Shown here piece by piece: positions 59,603 to 64,000 of a stretch of DNA of 64,000 nt. This DNA is from Chitinophagales bacterium (lineage in GTDB: Bacteria > Bacteroidota > Bacteroidia > Chitinophagales > LD1): positions 1,531,247-1,595,246 of the forward strand of contig JAXLUM010000001.1 in NCBI GenBank assembly GCA_046329515.1, given 5' to 3'. The notes under the pieces were generated by a model. That model searched no databases and was not told the DNA's origin. It saw nothing but the letters and a program-made list of their open reading frames with translations. The number at the start of each line of letters is the position of its first letter. Position 1 is the first letter of the stretch. Both the position numbers and the translations under genes were made by a program.

Positions 59603-60304
59603 TTGCTTCATACAACTATGGAACTGCAGCTTCGGATTAAGATGAATGAACGGCTCTATTTGCGTGACCCTGAGGGCACTGAGCTTGGACGCAAAATAGT
59701 ACGTGAGGCTATTAAAATGATTGAATCCCTTGGTTTTGAAGACTTTACATTCAAAAAGCTGGCGGAAGCCATTGGCACTACTGAAGCTACCATTTACCGT
59801 TACTTTGAGAATAAGCACCGCCTGTTGCTTTATATTATAGCATGGTACTGGGCCTGGATGGAATACCTGGTTATTTACCATGTTAACAATTTGGATGGGG
59901 CGGACCGAAAAATCAGAAAGGTAATTGAACTACTATCAAACCAATTGGCTGATAATATTGGTGGAGATGACCTTGACAAGAAGGCCCTTTTTAATGTAGT
60001 TATTTATGAGGTAAACAAGGTTTACCTTACCAAGGAAGTAAACAGCGACAACCAATTAAAACTATTTAAGCCTTATAAGGACCTATGCGCGCGCATAGCA
60101 GGAATGTTTTCTGAATACAACAGTTCCTATAAATACTCCTACTCCCTGGCCAGTACACTTTTAGAAATGGCGCACCTGCAGTACTTCTTTATGCAAAACC
60201 TGCCGGCCCTTACCGATTTTGGCACTCAAAAAAACTCAAAGGGTCTACAACAGTTTTTAGAGCATCTGATATTCTCTTCGCTTAATGAAGGTAAGCGTAA
60301 ATAG
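59603..60304 (+). CDS. TetR/AcrR-family transcriptional regulator
   Basis: 233-aa ORF (alternative start MELQLR at 59618). The N-terminal HTH is FTFKKLAEAIGTTEATIYRYFENKHRLL. It is transcribed divergently from the ABC/HlyD/TolC operon. Confidence 0.85.
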   Translation: MLHTTMELQLRIKMNERLYLRDPEGTELGRKIVREAIKMIESLGFEDFTFKKLAEAIGTTEATIYRYFENKHRLLLYIIAWYWAWMEYLVIYHVNNLDGADRKIRKVIELLSNQLADNIGGDDLDKKALFNVVIYEVNKVYLTKEVNSDNQLKLFKPYKDLCARIAGMFSEYNSSYKYSYSLASTLLEMAHLQYFFMQNLPALTDFGTQKNSKGLQQFLEHLIFSSLNEGKRK

Positions 60305-60352
60305 CTTTCTGTTGCCACTGAGACAATCTCTGGCATATCCTTTCTTCAACCA

Positions 60353-61276
60353 TTAGTAGTTTTCATACCAATCAAAGCGTTGCTTAATAGTTTGGCTTTT
60401 GGTTTTCTTTAGGTTTTCGAGGTAAAACTGGGCCACCGGCGATAACTTTTTTTGCTTTAACCAAATTAACTGCCATGTTGTAATAATGGGTAAGCCTGCA
60501 ATAGGCACTATTTGCAGGTCGCCATTCATCAATTCGTTTTTAATACCTATCAGCGGCATTATGGAACATCCAAGGCCCGCTATTACAGCCTGCTTTACGG
60601 CTTCGTTAGAGGTTAATTCAATTTTTTTATCAGTGGTCAATCCGCTTTTAATTATAAACTTCTCCATAGCTGCTCTTGTGGCGGAGCCCGGTTCGCGGAA
60701 AATTAATGGTAGACTGCTTAATGCGCTTCTGTTGTTTGAGCGGCCGCTTACTTTAAAATTTCTGTTCGCTACCATAAACAGTTTGTTTTGCATTAGCGAT
60801 ATAGTTTCCGTTTTAATTTTAGCGGGAAGCACTGATACCAAAGCAAAGTCTATTTCATTTGCTTCGAGGCTTTTTATAACCTGTGCCTTATTTGTTACAT
60901 CCATCATTAGCTCAACGCCGGAATGTTTGTTGAGAAAATCGCTTAAAAAATACGGCATTACATACTTTCCGGTTGACACCACTGAAATTTTAAGCCGCCC
61001 TGTTATCTGCCCTTCAAAGGCCTTAGCCTGGTAGTTAATGGCATAGGCTTCGTTTAAGATTTTCTCTGCCGCTATTGCTATTTCATGACCGAAATCGGTA
61101 ATAAAAACTTTACGGCCCACCACCTCAGTAAGCGGAATGTCGAATTGATTTTGCAGGTTTTTTAATTGCAGCGAAACCGCAGGTTGCGTTAAGTGCAATT
61201 CTTCGGCAGCCTTGGTAACGCTTAGTGTTTGCGTAATTTTTAAGAATATCTGCAATTGCCTTAATGTATAATTCAT
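60353..61276 (-). CDS. LysR-family transcriptional regulator
   Basis: 307-aa ORF. The N-terminal wHTH is LRQLQIFLKITQTLSVTKAAEELHLTQPAVSLQLKNLQ. It has a C-terminal substrate-binding fold and is divergent from the dehydrogenase gene. Confidence 0.9.
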   Translation of the reverse strand: MNYTLRQLQIFLKITQTLSVTKAAEELHLTQPAVSLQLKNLQNQFDIPLTEVVGRKVFITDFGHEIAIAAEKILNEAYAINYQAKAFEGQITGRLKISVVSTGKYVMPYFLSDFLNKHSGVELMMDVTNKAQVIKSLEANEIDFALVSVLPAKIKTETISLMQNKLFMVANRNFKVSGRSNNRSALSSLPLIFREPGSATRAAMEKFIIKSGLTTDKKIELTSNEAVKQAVIAGLGCSIMPLIGIKNELMNGDLQIVPIAGLPIITTWQLIWLKQKKLSPVAQFYLENLKKTKSQTIKQRFDWYENY

Positions 61277-61289
61277 AAGTAAAGCTTAT
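61275..61289. promoter_or_regulatory. candidate LTTR box (ATAAG-N5-CTTAT, contains T-N11-A)
   Basis: The dyad ataagtaaagcttat overlaps the LysR start codon in the 93-bp divergent intergenic region. Confidence 0.3.
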
Positions 61290-61369
61290 GGTATCGATTA
61301 TTAAAATAAATAAACAATTATAATAATTATTTCCACGTTTGCACCATTAAATAACAAAAACAAAAAACC

Positions 61370-62809
61370 ATGACACGAATTACTGTAGCTAAAGGAGATG
61401 GTATAGGTCCTGAAATTATGGATGCAACCCTCCGTATTATCCTTGCCGCCGGCGCGCAAATTGAGATTGATGAGATTGAAGTAGGTGAAAAAGTTTACCT
61501 GGCCGGTAATACCTCCGGCATAGCCCGCGAGGCATGGGATACCATAAGAAGAAACAAGGTTTTTTTGAAGGCCCCTATTACTACCCCACAAGGTGGCGGT
61601 TATAAGAGCCTGAATGTTACTACCCGCAAATTTTTGGGATTGTATTCAAACGTTAGGCCCTGTGTAAGCCTGCACCCCTTTGTGCAAACCAAGCACCCGC
61701 AAATGGATATAGTGATTATAAGGGAGAACGAAGAAGACTTGTATGCAGGGATTGAGCACCAGCAAACAGATGAGGTGGTACAATGCCTTAAATTGATAAG
61801 CAGGCCGGGATGCGAGAAAATTGTGCGCTACGCTTTTGAATATGCAAAACAATATGGCCGCAAAAAGGTAACATGCTTTACAAAAGACAATATCATGAAA
61901 CAAACAGACGGTTTGTTCCACAAGGTGTTTGATGAAATTGCCGCTGAGTATCCTGAAATTGAAAATGAACACTGGATAATTGATATAGGCGCCGCAAAAA
62001 TGGCTGATACGCCTGAAGCCTTCGACGTAATAGTAATGCCTAACTTATACGGAGATGTTTTATCGGACGTGGCAGCTCAGATAGCGGGTTCGGTAGGGCT
62101 GGCAGGTTCGGCAAACATAGGTGAGGAATGTTCGATGTTTGAAGCAATACACGGTTCAGCGCCGCGCAGAGCCGGGCAGAACATGGCAAACCCTTCAGGA
62201 CTTTTACAGGGTGCCGTTCAAATGCTTGCACACATAGGTCAAACTGAAGTGGCTGAAAAAGTGCAAAACGCCTGGTTACGAACCATTGAAGATGGCATAC
62301 ACACTTATGATATCTACAAAGAAGGCATAAGCCGCAAAAAGGTAGGCACTAAAGAATTTGCTGATGCAGTAATTGAAAACCTTGGCAAGAAACCACTTGT
62401 TTTAAAAGCGGTATCATATGCTAAAGGCACAGCACTAAAGGTTCCGAAATACAGCCGCCGCACCACATCAAAGAAAGAGTTACTTGGGGTAGATGTGTTT
62501 GTGCACTACGGGCAAAGAAACCCGGAAACACTTGCGGCCCTGCTTCAAAAAGTTCAGGACCCCTGCAATGTTGAACTTTCTATGATAACCAACCGCGGTA
62601 TAAAAGTATGGCCTGAAGGTTTTGAAGAAACATTCTGCACCGACCACTGGCGCTGCCGGTTTAAGCCACAGCAAAATTCAGCCTTTACCAAAAACACTAT
62701 CATTAAAGTGCTTACAGAGGCCGAGAAACTGGGAGTAGATGTTATTAAAACCGAAAACCTGTACGCCTTCGATGGTAAGCCTGCCTACTCGCTGGGCCAG
62801 GGGCAATAG
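61370..62809 (+). CDS. icd: isocitrate dehydrogenase (isocitrate/isopropylmalate dehydrogenase family) with a C-terminal extension of more than 100 aa
   Basis: 479-aa ORF. Motifs seen: ITVAKGDGIGPEIMDA, YKSLNVTTRKFLGLYSNVRPC, IIRENEEDLYAGIEH, MPNLYGDVLSDVAAQIAGSVGLAGSANIG, FEAIHGSAP. Cofactor specificity cannot be judged by eye. Confidence 0.8.
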   Translation: MTRITVAKGDGIGPEIMDATLRIILAAGAQIEIDEIEVGEKVYLAGNTSGIAREAWDTIRRNKVFLKAPITTPQGGGYKSLNVTTRKFLGLYSNVRPCVSLHPFVQTKHPQMDIVIIRENEEDLYAGIEHQQTDEVVQCLKLISRPGCEKIVRYAFEYAKQYGRKKVTCFTKDNIMKQTDGLFHKVFDEIAAEYPEIENEHWIIDIGAAKMADTPEAFDVIVMPNLYGDVLSDVAAQIAGSVGLAGSANIGEECSMFEAIHGSAPRRAGQNMANPSGLLQGAVQMLAHIGQTEVAEKVQNAWLRTIEDGIHTYDIYKEGISRKKVGTKEFADAVIENLGKKPLVLKAVSYAKGTALKVPKYSRRTTSKKELLGVDVFVHYGQRNPETLAALLQKVQDPCNVELSMITNRGIKVWPEGFEETFCTDHWRCRFKPQQNSAFTKNTIIKVLTEAEKLGVDVIKTENLYAFDGKPAYSLGQGQ

Positions 62810-62857
62810 TTAGTGGCGAAAATGCAAGTTACATATGTATAAGTCGTATATCGCAAT

Positions 62858-62887
62858 GGGCCTGGCCTTAACCTTCCAGGCCCTTTC
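62858..62887 (+). terminator. rho-independent terminator after the dehydrogenase gene
   Basis: gggcctgg-ccttaacctt-ccaggccc is a perfect 8-bp GC-rich stem, followed by tttcatt. Confidence 0.65.
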
Positions 62888-62985
62888 ATTAACAGTAAGC
62901 AATAGTTTACTAAGCCAGTTTTATGGCGCTATCACAATCGTGTTTTTTCTTTTACTCTTTAAAACATTAACCAAAAACAAAGGCC

Positions 62986-63276
62986 ATGAAGAAAACATTT
63001 GAAATTAAGCTGGCCGGCCCTGAAAAGGAATATGATAAAGTTGAGGAGCTGGTAAATGCTGTGCTTAGCGGGGCAGTGCGTTTTCTCAACCTGGAATCCT
63101 TTAGCAAATGGGTTAGGCACGGGGAAGATGACAAACAAATTAAAGAGCAGGTTACTGCTATAAAGGAAGCAAATGAAAATTTTATAAATCTACTGAGGGC
63201 AAAGGCTGATGCGAATAGTGCAGTAAGCGTTAAAATTTTATTACAAGTGGAGGATAAGCAACATGAAAATGTTTAG
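62986..63276 (+). CDS. small hypothetical protein
   Basis: 96-aa ORF, helical and charged. Its last 14 nt overlap the next gene's start (63263), suggesting translational coupling. Confidence 0.5.
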   Translation: MKKTFEIKLAGPEKEYDKVEELVNAVLSGAVRFLNLESFSKWVRHGEDDKQIKEQVTAIKEANENFINLLRAKADANSAVSVKILLQVEDKQHENV

Positions 63277-64000
63277 AGGACGTAAGTTGCTTATCGCAAC
63301 AATGCATGGAAAAGAAAAAGTGATGGCCCCGCTCTTGGAGCAGCACCTCGGCGTTAAATGTGTTCTGCCCTCAGGTTTTGATACTGATAAGCTGGGAACC
63401 TTTACCGGTGAGGTTGAGCGGGAGACCGACCCGCTAACCACAGCCAGAAAAAAATGCCTGATGGCTTTGGAATTGGGTTTATGCGATATGGCCGTTGCCA
63501 GTGAAGGAAGTTTTGGTGCACATCCGCTAATGCCCTTTACGCCGGCTGATGATGAATGGCTTTTTTTTATGGACAAGAAGAACGATATTGAAGTTTTTGC
63601 AAGAGAAGTTAGTTCTTCTACCAACTTTGGGGGCACCATTGTAAGAAGCGTTGGGGAACTTATGAGTTTTGCTAACAAAGCGCAGTTCCCTTCACACGGC
63701 CTTATTTTGCGGGCGGCAGAAGGGGACACTTTAAGGTTAGTAAAAGGAATTACCGATAAGAACATTCTGCAAAAGGTTTTTTTAGAGTTTACAGCCGTTA
63801 ATGGCAGCGCTTTTGTTGAAACGGATATGCGGGCCCATTATAATCCGTTGCGGATGGATGTGATTGAAAAGGCGACTGAAAAGCTGGTGAAAAAATTGAC
63901 CTCCACCTGCCCCATATGCGATACCCCGGGATTTAGCATTACTAATGCGCGGCCGGGCTTACCCTGCGAAATTTGCAACTCACCAACCAAAACCCCTTTG
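63263..64000 (+). CDS. hypothetical protein (DUF6671-like by memory), 5' part; continues beyond the window
   Basis: My translation from the ATG at 63263 is MKMFRGRKLLIATMHGKEKVMAPLLEQHLGVKCVLPSGFDTDKLGTFTGEVERETDPLTTARKK...STCPICDTPGFSITNARPGLPCEICNSPTKTPL. It stays open for 246 codons to the window end. It is absent from the ORF track because there is no stop. The antisense 174-aa ORF (63241-63765) is its shadow. Confidence 0.7.
   Translation, partial: MKMFRGRKLLIATMHGKEKVMAPLLEQHLGVKCVLPSGFDTDKLGTFTGEVERETDPLTTARKKCLMALELGLCDMAVASEGSFGAHPLMPFTPADDEWLFFMDKKNDIEVFAREVSSSTNFGGTIVRSVGELMSFANKAQFPSHGLILRAAEGDTLRLVKGITDKNILQKVFLEFTAVNGSAFVETDMRAHYNPLRMDVIEKATEKLVKKLTSTCPICDTPGFSITNARPGLPCEICNSPTKTPL

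Noticed and set aside
60486-61034. A 182-aa plus-strand ORF inside the LysR gene. Other antisense ORFs of 60-108 aa lie in the efflux and IDH genes (for example 56950-57276, 61646-61972, 61301-61591).
   Set aside because: They are fully nested antisense to ORFs with clear family motifs, with no motifs of their own.
63241-63765. A 174-aa minus-strand ORF listed in the track
   Set aside because: The opposite strand carries a 246-codon open frame running to the window edge, with conserved-looking motifs and a CxxC...CxxC pair. The minus ORF is its shadow.

Overview
This is a Bacteroidota-type chromosomal segment, judged from T9SS type-A and type-B C-terminal sorting domains, a PorP/SprF gene and a Y_Y_Y sensor kinase paired with a LytTR regulator. 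It probably comes from a Sphingobacteriia- or Chitinophagia-like environmental organism. About half of the 64 kb encodes four giant secreted repeat proteins of 2539, 3197, 3012 and 1897 aa. (1) The first is a collagen-like, YadA-head-like fibre that ends in a phage-type self-cleaving S74 intramolecular chaperone. (2, 3) Two are T9SS type-A cargo proteins that share a duplicated C-terminal module of about 780 aa, terminator included. A third, diverged copy of that module forms a 566-aa protein. (4) The fourth is a Kelch/LamG/Ig-repeat/beta-helix protein with 14 near-identical tandem units and a type-B (CHU_C-like) sorting domain. It is followed by its presumptive PorP/SprF partner, which here is fused to an OmpA domain. 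The flanks carry RND efflux genes on the left and LysR, isocitrate dehydrogenase and two small genes on the right. The most unusual stretch is 47-59.5 kb, which contains four things. First, an orphan protein with a metzincin motif. Second, a minimal exosortase-type operon: a 177-aa exosortase-like membrane protein and a 69-aa precursor carrying a PIDGG / TM / KRLKAKK tail, separated by a hairpin terminator. Third, an AT-rich array of six small ORFs, five of them preceded by the same oriented intergenic module and the whole array bracketed by a second repeat. This is a candidate integron-like or rAID-like cassette array, with no recombinase in view. Fourth, a TetR-linked ABC/HlyD/TolC exporter whose ATPase domain keeps only Walker A, with a perfect 37-bp palindrome in its divergent promoter region. 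I saw no rRNA, tRNA, CRISPR, transposase or integrase. All family assignments come from reading motifs by eye, because no database search or computation was possible.
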